64,000 nucleotides of DNA from the NCBI GenBank assembly GCA_963845515.1, contig CAWJSR010000057.1, positions 1 through 64,000 on the forward strand. Direction: 5' to 3'. The translations under genes were made by a program, and so were the position numbers. The notes beneath the pieces are model-generated. The model made no database searches and was not told the DNA's origin. It saw only the letters and a program-made list of their open reading frames with translations. The stretch is from an uncultured delta proteobacterium (GTDB lineage Bacteria; Myxococcota; Myxococcia; Myxococcales; Anaeromyxobacteraceae). This document shows, piece by piece, positions 14,543 to 22,730 of the stretch (position 1 is its first letter; every line of letters starts with the position of its first letter).

Positions 14543-15025
14543 TTAGAGGGCAGACGTCCCGATTCCGCAATGAAGACGACGGCACGCAATTCCCCCTCGG
14601 GAGCCCTCCCGAGGTACTCTGGCCACGTCCGCCGTGGTGAAGTACCAGTCAAAACGCTGATCGGGCCGTAGAGCCATCATTTCCCGTCCATTGGAGTCGA
14701 TCCTCAACGGCACCACAGGCAACCAGCGGCGGAAGCCGTTCACCGGGCGAAAACCGATCCCCTCGATAGGCAGGTGCTCCCCACAGTTGTTGCGGATGCA
14801 CACGGCGACCTGCGCAGGAGACTTGGGGTTGATGTCGGCCTTCAGGAAGGTCTTGGCGACAATCAGCGTGCCTCCTCGTCTGACCGCTTCAGCGCGTCTG
14901 TGGTCGGCGCCCTTCATGCTTAGGGCACGCCGGGAGTAGCCGACAGCTAGGAGTGAAGCGCCGAGGGCGATGACCGAGAGGATCCGCTCTCCGCTCTCCT
15001 CCATCAGGTAGGTAGCGAAGCCCAC
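14543..15025 (-). CDS. Hypothetical protein with an N-terminal membrane anchor
   Basis: 160-aa ORF with hydrophobic ILSVIALGASLLAVGYS, directly downstream of the 66-aa ORF. Confidence 0.45.
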   Translation of the reverse strand: MGFATYLMEESGERILSVIALGASLLAVGYSRRALSMKGADHRRAEAVRRGGTLIVAKTFLKADINPKSPAQVAVCIRNNCGEHLPIEGIGFRPVNGFRRWLPVVPLRIDSNGREMMALRPDQRFDWYFTTADVARVPREGSRGGIACRRLHCGIGTSAL

Positions 15026-15030
15026 TGGCG

Positions 15031-15231
15031 TTAGCCTCGCGACGTGGGGACGCCGCCGCGCCTGGTGGTACGGGATCCGTAGAAGTTGAAAATGACCGTG
15101 ACCGTAGGTGGAGGTGCTTCGGCCTTCGCCTTCTTCGCCTTCTTGATGAAGAGCCCTCGGAGCGTCCCGAGAAGAGGGAGGAGACCACCTGCCACCTTCA
15201 CCGCCTCCGCCACGTCGATCTCGCCGCTCAT
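15031..15231 (-). CDS. Small hypothetical protein (66 aa)
   Basis: ATG start, plausible codon usage, amphipathic N-terminus followed by a basic stretch. Confidence 0.45.
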   Translation of the reverse strand: MSGEIDVAEAVKVAGGLLPLLGTLRGLFIKKAKKAKAEAPPPTVTVIFNFYGSRTTRRGGVPTSRG

Positions 15232-15491
15232 GTGCCCTTATCTCTCTGGCCGTTTTGGGGTGTCAACGTCCACCCACACGGGAACCCCAACGCGATCGGT
15301 CCGCGATCCACGGACGATCCACCGTTCGCCATCTCCCGCGATCCTCTTCCTTTCTTTGATCGAAGTAGCCGTATGGGAACGGGGAATGGGGACGTTCAGC
15401 CACACCCGCCTGGAAGGACTCGGGATCTCGGTGTGAAGAGCGACGGAAAAAGAATGACGTTGGGCGGTTGTGTAGCTGCCGTTTGATCCGT

Positions 15492-15524
15492 GGTCCCCAG
15501 TTCAAATCTGGGTGTCGGCTCCAG
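15492..15524 (+). repeat. att-like direct repeat 2 (tRNA-Thr 3' end)
   Basis: ggtccccagttcaaatctgggtgtcggctccag, identical to 13690-13722 (33 bp). Confidence 0.95.
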
Positions 15525-15539
15525 AAACGGCAGAATGAT

Positions 15540-15584
15540 AACGGGCGCTTGAGGGTGGTTTCCTCGGCGCCCGTTTCCTTTCTT
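15540..15584 (+). terminator. Terminator-like hairpin after att copy 2
   Basis: aacgggcgc..gagg/cctc..gcgcccgtt followed by tcctttctt. Confidence 0.5.
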
Positions 15585-15629
15585 CCGCTGGCAAGGCTTG
15601 GTGGGCCGGGACGTGACCACGTGATTCCG

Positions 15630-15806
15630 GAGGTCTGCGGAGGCGCGAAGCTCCCCGCTTTCAGGACGGGGCACCCCCGCCACTCGGTCGCCGTGAACGC
15701 GGGGCCAGCCCAGGCCCGTGGCTTCCTGGGGCACAAGTCGCCGCGTACCGAGAAGCGGCTCTACGGGACGCACGCGGCACCGCCGAAGATCCCGACGCTG
15801 GCGTAG
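15630..15806 (+). pseudogene. Tyrosine recombinase/integrase C-terminal remnant
   Basis: ...PAFRTGHPRHSVA...FLGHKSPRTEKRLYGTHA...: RHS, LGH and Tyr motifs of the lambda-Int catalytic box II, located just inside an att site. Confidence 0.7.
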
Positions 15807-15825
15807 GCTACGCGCTGGAGGGGGC

Positions 15826-17468
15826 GTGGCGACCGGACCGGGACACGACGAACAGCTTCAAGGGGAGATCGGCGAGCGCGAACTCCTTCGGCTCGCCCAG
15901 GAGGCACGCCTACACGCAATGAAGGCGGTGCCCGACCTCGGCGGATGGGACTTCTGCGTCGAGGAGCCCGAGTTCCCGTCCACCGCCCGACTCGACCTTC
16001 GCCCCGCGGGACGCCGCTGGATGGTACAGGTCAAGACGGTCCACCGCCTCGACTCCTCGGTCTCGAATCAGCCTTGTGAACTGGCGTCGCATGGCGACTC
16101 AGTCGGTCCCCTGGTTCGTGCTGGTCGTCGAGGTCGTGGACCTCAAGCCGAAGCGGTCGTTCCTCGTCCACATCGGAGAGCACTGGATCGCTAAGACCCT
16201 CGAACGGCTCGTGAAGCTCCGCCCTGGGGCCGAGGCCCGCCTCAACAAGCTGACGATGGGGCTGAAGTTCCGTGATGCCCTAGTTCCTTCGGACGGACCG
16301 ACGTTCGTCGCCGCGCTCCGCCGCGCCGCCGGCAGCGCTCCCGCCGACTACGCCGCCGAGAAGGATTGACTCGTCAAGACTGTCGGCTACGACGAGTTCC
16401 GCTATCGAGGAACCATGCGAGTCGGGTTCGACGGCCTCGACCAGATCGCGGATTTCGCCATCGGCCGTCGGGACAGCCTTCCCGCGCGGGACGTGATTGT
16501 CGACAGCATCCGGTTCGGCGTCCCTCTACGAGAGTTCGAGATGTCAGAGGGCGCGCTGACCCTGCTCGCCCGTCCCGTGAGCGGGCGCGCGCGGGTCACC
16601 CACACCCGTGCGAACGTCGGGACGAGGTGCTCGCTGGAGTTCGACGTCGTGCAGGCGACCCGCGTCATTCCGGACATTCCGTCTGAGCACGAACGGGCGG
16701 CCCTCCGGCACCCAATTGTCCAGAATCTACCTGCGAGCGTCGGACGCCAAGGTCGACATTCACTACAAGTTGCCCGAGTCGAAGGACCCTTTGCCTCTCG
16801 CGGAGATTGGACCGGCGTCCGAGTTCATCGCCATCATTGCGGACGCGTCACCCACGGACGGCGTTCGGGCCGAGGTCCAGTTCAACGATGGGCCTGTCGT
16901 CTCCATCACCCTGCAGGACACGAAGCTGAATACGCGGGACCTCGCGAAGGCCGCGATCCCCATCGCGAACGCGTGGGAAATCGCACGCCGCGTGGGCCTT
17001 GAGCACGTCCGCGTGCTCCCGTGGGAACTCTACGCACAGAGCGACCGCCTCTTCATGGGGCGAATCGCGCTGGAGAGCCGGGGCGGAGGAGCGGCTCGAC
17101 TGAAGGACCTGAACACCGACCAGCTTCGTGACGGCCTGTCGGGCGTCGTGGGCGCGAACGCGGTCCGGATCGGGGACACAGTCTGCGTCTTCGGAATCTC
17201 GTGCACGGGGCCTGGCCGGATCGAGTCGGGACCGGACGGCAAGCCCGAAGCAGTGATCGAAAGCGGCACCTTCCGCGCCCACGGGATCCGGCTGCTCGGT
17301 CGAGCCCAGTTCGACGCCGAGCGCTATAAGCTCCAAGAGGCGCTCGACGATGCCGTGTGCGCCGACCTCGACGCACTCGGAGTCGTGAATGTGTTCGTGC
17401 CAAAGCGGGACGGCCAGGGTAACCGGCTCCTGCTGCGCCCCGCAGCGTCACCTGACGGCCGAACCTGA
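15826..17468 (+). pseudogene. Disrupted DUF4365-like PD-(D/E)xK nuclease-domain protein (~545 codons)
   Basis: GGAGG RBS plus GTG; GEIGE...DLGGWDFCVE...MVQVKT nuclease motif; frameshifts near 16065 and 16723; in-frame TGA at 16367-16369. Confidence 0.7.
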
Positions 17469-17715
17469 ACCACTCCACGGTCTCGAGTGGCACGTCCCTT
17501 CGAAATCGTCCGCCCGCACGAGCCACTCTGAGCACGAGCGCTTCAGGCGGAGGTGCTGCTTGCCGACGAACCGACGGCCGTGCGCCATGTAACGCTGAGC
17601 CGCCACCGGGGCGAATCCGCCGGGCCCAGGCAGGAGCCCATCGTGCGCCACTCCGCCCGGTAGTCCTTGCGTTCCTTGCTCGTCAGCGGCTTCTGCATGC
17701 ACGGCTCCGCGGGCG

Positions 17716-18114
17716 GTGCGGCGCAGCGCGACCTACACCATCGCGCCTTCCGACCGCGAGCCCGCCTTTGGCCGAGCGCTCACCGCCATGCAGAGCCGCG
17801 GGTGGTTCATCGCTGTCTCTGACCGCGCTGCTGGGCTGCTCACGACCCAAGTCATGAACGCGGGGGCCAAGGTGTGCGGAATCCTCACGTGCCAGACCAG
17901 GCGAATCCTTCAGATCAGCATCGCGGCGGACGGCGCAGTGATCGTCAACCTCCATGAGGAGTTGAGCGTCACCGGCTTCGATGGCGTTCCGTCGGGATGG
18001 GCTCCCAACACCGCGCCGGCTGCCGTGGCGATGGTTGAGCAGGAGCAGGCCGCGATCCTGTCAGAGATCGCCGGAGTCACGATAAGACCGGCACCGCCTG
18101 CGCATTTGCGCTAG
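17716..18114 (+). CDS. Hypothetical protein, possibly a lipoprotein (true start may lie ~70 nt upstream across a frameshift)
   Basis: Upstream in-frame SAASAC lipobox-like segment; AVSDRAAGLLTT motif. Confidence 0.5.
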   Translation: MRRSATYTIAPSDREPAFGRALTAMQSRGWFIAVSDRAAGLLTTQVMNAGAKVCGILTCQTRRILQISIAADGAVIVNLHEELSVTGFDGVPSGWAPNTAPAAVAMVEQEQAAILSEIAGVTIRPAPPAHLR

Positions 18115-18468
18115 CAAGGTCGGGGCTCGTCCCTCAGGCAGCCAGCCCCGTAGACGTTGATGTTGACGGTGACGAAGGTTGAGTCGCCCCAGCCGCTACG
18201 ATTCTTCCGTTCCCGCAATGTCGGCCACGATCGCCGCCATCGCGCGCCATGAGTTTGGAGCGCCGCCCCGAAGCCGTGTCGGCGTACTGGCGCGAGCGCG
18301 GCGCGGAGGCGAAGAAGCCCCCGTCGCGCACGATGTGGTCCTAAGTGGTCGATTAGGCGCGGTGCTTCTCTCGCCCGGGAGGGCCGTGGTAGTAGACTCG
18401 CCCTCCACGGGTCGGGGACACTGTCCAGTGCGAAGGTTGCTGGCTCCCGGTAGTCAGGAGGTGAGGCC

Positions 18469-19124
18469 ATGAGTTCAATCGCACACGCCAGCCGCGTTGA
18501 GGAGTACGCCTGCGTTTCGGCCATCTTTGAGGATGATGGCGCGACGAGCACGACGCGGCGTTCCGGGCGCGGGTCGTCATGGCTACGGGGCGGGTGGAGG
18601 CGCTGGCTCGCTTCGTCACTCAAGACGCGTTTGAGGCCGGTGTGGACTCCCTTGCGACCGCACAGTTCATGGCCGAGATGGAGGCGATCTTCGCGGATCC
18701 GGCTTTCCCAGACCTGGTGAGATTGGCGCAGGTGGCCGCGCTTTCGCCGACAGCCGGCGTCGACGATGCTGCAGACGGCCTGCTCGAGGATCTCCTGGAG
18801 TACTCGGGGAAGGCGTCGCGTCTGCCCGCCGGGGATCAGGCGAACCCACGGGCGTCTTCCGTTCACGGGATGGCGCGCCTGTTGGTGGCGGTGACGGGCC
18901 TCGCACTGGCGGCGCGCGGCAGAGATCGCTGGGCTTCGTGGATGCCGGGGATGCTCTGGCATGAAGGGCGCCGTGGCGTGCTTGAACTGGCGGCGGCTCG
19001 AGGGATCGGTTGGGCTCAGGTGGCTGTCGGCGCCGTCACGCAGCGGGACGCGATGCTTCGCGCCAAGCCGTTCGACCGGGCTGCGTCGGACCGAGCAGCG
19101 AAGCTACTGGGCCTCGACGGCTAG
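18469..19124 (+). CDS. Hypothetical protein (frameshift near 18540)
   Basis: Strong RBS CAGGAGGTGA before ATG 18469; coding continues in ORF 18579..19124. Confidence 0.5.
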
Positions 19125-19388
19125 GTGATGCTCCGGCTCGAGTACCTGCCCGAGTTCGAGGGCAAACTCGTCAACCTGGGCTCGCGCGACGTCGCGATCG
19201 TCCGGGAGAACGTCGAGGCGATCCGGCGCGACCCGCGAGCGGGCGGCCATCCATCGGACCTGGGGACGTCGGCTGGCATGGCAGCATGTCTGCCCGCACA
19301 GCTTCGTCGTGATCTTCCGCTGGCCCGGCGGGGACCAATCGACCCCTCGGACACGATCGTGCTCGAAGGGATCGTCGAGCGCTTCTAG
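19125..19388 (+). CDS. Small hypothetical protein (87 aa)
   Basis: Directly abuts the upstream stop codon; host-like codon usage. Confidence 0.5.
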   Translation: MMLRLEYLPEFEGKLVNLGSRDVAIVRENVEAIRRDPRAGGHPSDLGTSAGMAACLPAQLRRDLPLARRGPIDPSDTIVLEGIVERF

Positions 19389-19432
19389 ACTCGTCGCCGG
19401 TCCACGCCAGAGACGAGTCCGACAGGGATCGC

Positions 19433-19471
19433 AGGTCCCCAGTTCAAATCTGGGTGTCGGCTCCAGTTTCC
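19433..19471 (+). repeat. att-like direct repeat 3 (tRNA-Thr 3' end)
   Basis: aggtccccagttcaaatctgggtgtcggctccagtttcc, identical to 13689-13727 (39 bp). Confidence 0.95.
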
Positions 19472-19602
19472 TCAGCACGTACGGCAGCTTTGACGGGCGG
19501 CGCTCCTCGCGGGGTTCCGCCCGTCGCACATTTCAGGACCCGCGGCACCGCATTCCTCTGCGTGACTCCGGCCGCGCCGCGTGCTCTCCTCCCCCCACTG
19601 AA

Positions 19603-21189
19603 ATGGAGTACCTCACCTTCCACGTGGGCGAACGCGAGTTCGCCATCGAGATGAGCCGGGTGCAGGAGATCGTGGCTCCGCCGCCGATCTCCCGCGTGCC
19701 GAACATGCCGCCTGCGCTGCTCGGGCTCGCCGGGCTGCGCGGCGAGCCCACCGCCGTGATCGACGCGGGGCTCCGGCTCGACGGCCGCCGGATCGCCATC
19801 TCCCGCAGGACTCCGCTCCTGGTGCTCAACGTCCTCCAGGCGGAGCGGATGATCGCCATCGGGCTGCTGGTGGGGGCGGCCGGGCGCAAGCTGGAGCTCG
19901 AGACGCTGCTCCCCTGGACCGAGGGGCTCGCGCGCTTCGCCGGCGCCGACGCGTGCATCGGCTTCGCCGACGTGGACGGCGAGATGGTGATCGTCCTCGA
20001 CGTCGACCAGCTCCTCGAGTTCCGGAAGATCCGCGAGGCCGCTCCCCGCGCATTGCCTGAGCCGCGCACCGACCCTGCCCCCGCTCCAGCCGCCGCCTCC
20101 CCAGCCGCGAGCGCTGGCGCCTCGGTTGGTGGCGCCCCGGCAGCCGCTCCCTTTGCGTTCTCGCATGCCGTCACCGCGTCATCGACGAAGTCGGCGCAGG
20201 GGACTGCGCAGGGCTCCTCGGCGCAGTCTGGGCACGGCCGCGCATCCTCGGCGCCAACCGGAGCGGCGATGTCGGTCTCCTCGCCCCCTCACCCTGTCCC
20301 TCTCCCCCGGTGGGGGAGAGGGAGTGGTGGAATGGCTGTCTCGCTCCCCCGGTCGGAGAGCGGGAGTGGTGGAATGGCTGCCTCGCTCTCCCGGTCGGGG
20401 AGAGGAAGTGGTTCGCCGGGTGACGATCACGCTCGCCGAACGGCGGCGTCACTGGCGGCGCCGCACATGGCGGGCGCAGCTTCGCTCGCTCACCCCGCCC
20501 CTGTCCCACGGTGGGGGACAGGGAGTGGTGCACCGGCTTCACTTGAGTCGGCGGAGTCAGCGGTCCGAGACCCGGCGGCTGCCTACTCCGCGAGGAGCCG
20601 CGCTCCCTGGCTCGCCGCTGCCGTGGTGATCGCCCTGCTCCTCTTCCTCGCTGGCCTCTTTGCCGCCTTTGGCGGCGGCAGCGACCGGAAGGACCCGACG
20701 ACCTCGTCCTCGGCCCCCTCGCCGCGCGCAGCGGCCTCGACCGCCCGGGAGTCCACGGACGTCGCTGCCGCGCCATCACGCTCGACTCCGCTCCCGCGAT
20801 CCGATCGAGTCGAGCCGCCGCCGCCGACCCAGCCCCTCCCGGCCGCCGCCGCGCCGGCCGTGACCGCGTCGATGACTTCGAAGCCGCCGGAGACGCAGTC
20901 GACTGCGAGCGCACCCCTGCCGACCCCGGCTCCGGCCGCGCCCCCCGCGCGACGCGCCCATCCCCTGCCGCCGTCGATGGTCGTCACCGCAAGCACCCCT
21001 GCCTGCGAGATCCATGAGGTCGCGAAGGGCGACACGCTCTGGTGGATCGCCGCCCGGCGGCTGGGGAGCCCCTACAAGTGGCCGAAGCTGTTCGGCGAGA
21101 ACCGCGACCGGCTCGCCGACCCGAACGTCATCGAGATCCACGACCGGATCCGCGTCCCAGGGGGCTGCGTCTCGTCCGCCGCGAGGTGA
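19603..21189 (+). CDS. CheW domain, low-complexity linker, TM helix and LysM domain protein
   Basis: EYLTFHVGEREFAI...ISRVPNMPPALLGLAGLRGE...VLDVDQL (CheW); WLAAAVVIALLLFLAGLFAAF (TM); HEVAKGDTLWWIA...W..LF..NRD.LADPNVI (LysM). Confidence 0.85.
   Translation: MEYLTFHVGEREFAIEMSRVQEIVAPPPISRVPNMPPALLGLAGLRGEPTAVIDAGLRLDGRRIAISRRTPLLVLNVLQAERMIAIGLLVGAAGRKLELETLLPWTEGLARFAGADACIGFADVDGEMVIVLDVDQLLEFRKIREAAPRALPEPRTDPAPAPAAASPAASAGASVGGAPAAAPFAFSHAVTASSTKSAQGTAQGSSAQSGHGRASSAPTGAAMSVSSPPHPVPLPRWGRGSGGMAVSLPRSESGSGGMAASLSRSGRGSGSPGDDHARRTAASLAAPHMAGAASLAHPAPVPRWGTGSGAPASLESAESAVRDPAAAYSARSRAPWLAAAVVIALLLFLAGLFAAFGGGSDRKDPTTSSSAPSPRAAASTARESTDVAAAPSRSTPLPRSDRVEPPPPTQPLPAAAAPAVTASMTSKPPETQSTASAPLPTPAPAAPPARRAHPLPPSMVVTASTPACEIHEVAKGDTLWWIAARRLGSPYKWPKLFGENRDRLADPNVIEIHDRIRVPGGCVSSAAR
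20284..20530 (+). repeat. REP-like palindromes and a 42-bp tandem repeat inside a CDS
   Basis: ccccctcaccctgtccctctcccccggtgggggagaggg followed by ~2.7 copies of a 42-bp unit; a further copy lies at ~20488-20530. Confidence 0.75.
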
Positions 21190-21191
21190 CC

Positions 21192-22709
21192 ATGGCAAGC
21201 CGGAAGAGCGCCTTCCAGGAGTCGATGGACACCTTCAACCGCGCAGCCGACCTCATCCGGCTGCACCCGCGCGTCCGGCTCGAGATCGAGGAGCCCGACT
21301 TCGAGCACATCTTCTACGTCACCATCGACACCCGTGACCGGCTGGTGCCGCTCGGCCCCGAGGAGGAGGCGCGCCACGCGGACATCCCCGACTCGGACGT
21401 GAAGGCGGCGGACGCCTTCGAGCCGCTCGCGGACGGCAAGTTCATCCTGCACAGGCGCGCGTTGCTCGAGGCGGACATCACCATCCGGCGGGGGGTGCTC
21501 CGGATCCCCGGCAAGGGGCTCTTCCGCATCGAGAAGGGCGGCCCCCGCAAGTTCAAGGCCTACCGCGTCCAGCACAACCAGGTGCGCGGCCCGTACAAGG
21601 GGGGCGTCCGGTATCACCAGGACGTCTCGCTCGATCTGTTCAAGGCGCTCGCGGCAGACATGACGTGGAAGACGGCGATCGCCGAGATCCCGTTCGGCGG
21701 CGCGAAGGGAGGGATCCGGATCGACCCCTTCGCGTTCTCGAAGGAGGAGATGGAGCACCTCACGCTCCGCTACGTCTACAAGCTCAAGAACCTGATGGGT
21801 CCCTTCCTCGACATCCCTGCCCCGGACGTCGGCACCAACGGCGAGATCATGGCGATCATGATGCGCCAGTTCACCGACGGTGAGCGGGAGAAGCACCGCC
21901 TGCGCGGCGTCGTCACCGGCAAGGACGTCCGGATCGGCGGCTCCGAGGGGCGGCTGAAGGCGACCGGCCAGGGGGTCGTCTACTGCATCGAGGAGTGGGC
22001 GCGGGAGAACGCGTTCCAGCTCCAGGGGGCGCGCGTCCTCGTCCAGGGCTTCGGCAACGTCGGCTCGTCGACGGCCGAGCTCCTCGCTGCGCTGGGGGCC
22101 AGGATCGTCGCCGTCGACGACGCGCACGGCGCTGTCCACGCGGGCGACGGGATCGACGTGCCGGCGCTCCTCCGCCACGTCCAGCAGGACCCCGCCAACC
22201 TCCGCCGCTCGGTCGCGGGCTTCGCCGGCGCGCGCCCGATCTCCAGGGACGACTTCTGGGGGCTCGACGCGGACATCCTGGTCCCGGCCGCGCTGGGGGG
22301 CGTGATCACCGCGCAGGTGGCCGAGAGGCTCCGCGTCCGGCTCGTCGCCGAGGGGGCGAACAGCCCAACGACGCCCGACGGGGACCGCGTGCTGGCTGCC
22401 CGCGGCATCGACGTCATCCCCGACGTCATCTGCAACGCCGGCGGCGTCACCGCATCCTACTTCGAGTGGCTGCAGAACCAGCGGCTCGAGCGCTGGAGCG
22501 AGGCGGAGGTGAACGGACGCCTGGAGCGGATCATCAAGTCCAACTACGCGGTGATCCGCGACATCGCCGCCGATCGCCCGCGGAAGACCCCGCTCCACGA
22601 CTCCAGGCGCTACTGCATCGGCCGCGCGACCGACGTCCGGACCGCCTCCATGGTCCTCGCGCTGAAGCGGATCGAGGCCCACTACCTGCTGGAGGGTTTC
22701 AGCCAGTAA
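21192..22709 (+). CDS. Glu/Leu/Phe/Val (glutamate) dehydrogenase
   Basis: YRVQHN..RGPYKGGVRY, MTWKTA, PFGGAKGG, DIPAPDVGT, QGFGNVG, EGANSP and NAGGVTASYFEW motifs. Confidence 0.93.
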   Translation: MASRKSAFQESMDTFNRAADLIRLHPRVRLEIEEPDFEHIFYVTIDTRDRLVPLGPEEEARHADIPDSDVKAADAFEPLADGKFILHRRALLEADITIRRGVLRIPGKGLFRIEKGGPRKFKAYRVQHNQVRGPYKGGVRYHQDVSLDLFKALAADMTWKTAIAEIPFGGAKGGIRIDPFAFSKEEMEHLTLRYVYKLKNLMGPFLDIPAPDVGTNGEIMAIMMRQFTDGEREKHRLRGVVTGKDVRIGGSEGRLKATGQGVVYCIEEWARENAFQLQGARVLVQGFGNVGSSTAELLAALGARIVAVDDAHGAVHAGDGIDVPALLRHVQQDPANLRRSVAGFAGARPISRDDFWGLDADILVPAALGGVITAQVAERLRVRLVAEGANSPTTPDGDRVLAARGIDVIPDVICNAGGVTASYFEWLQNQRLERWSEAEVNGRLERIIKSNYAVIRDIAADRPRKTPLHDSRRYCIGRATDVRTASMVLALKRIEAHYLLEGFSQ

Positions 22710-22730
22710 GGCGCGCAGCGCGGCGCGACC

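Larger units (their letters stand above)
13722..19471. mobile_element. Two tandem degenerate genomic islands integrated at tRNA-Thr
   Basis: The tRNA 3' end is repeated at 15492-15524 and 19433-19471. The region holds an integrase remnant and orphan genes and looks less GC-extreme than its flanks. Confidence 0.85.
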
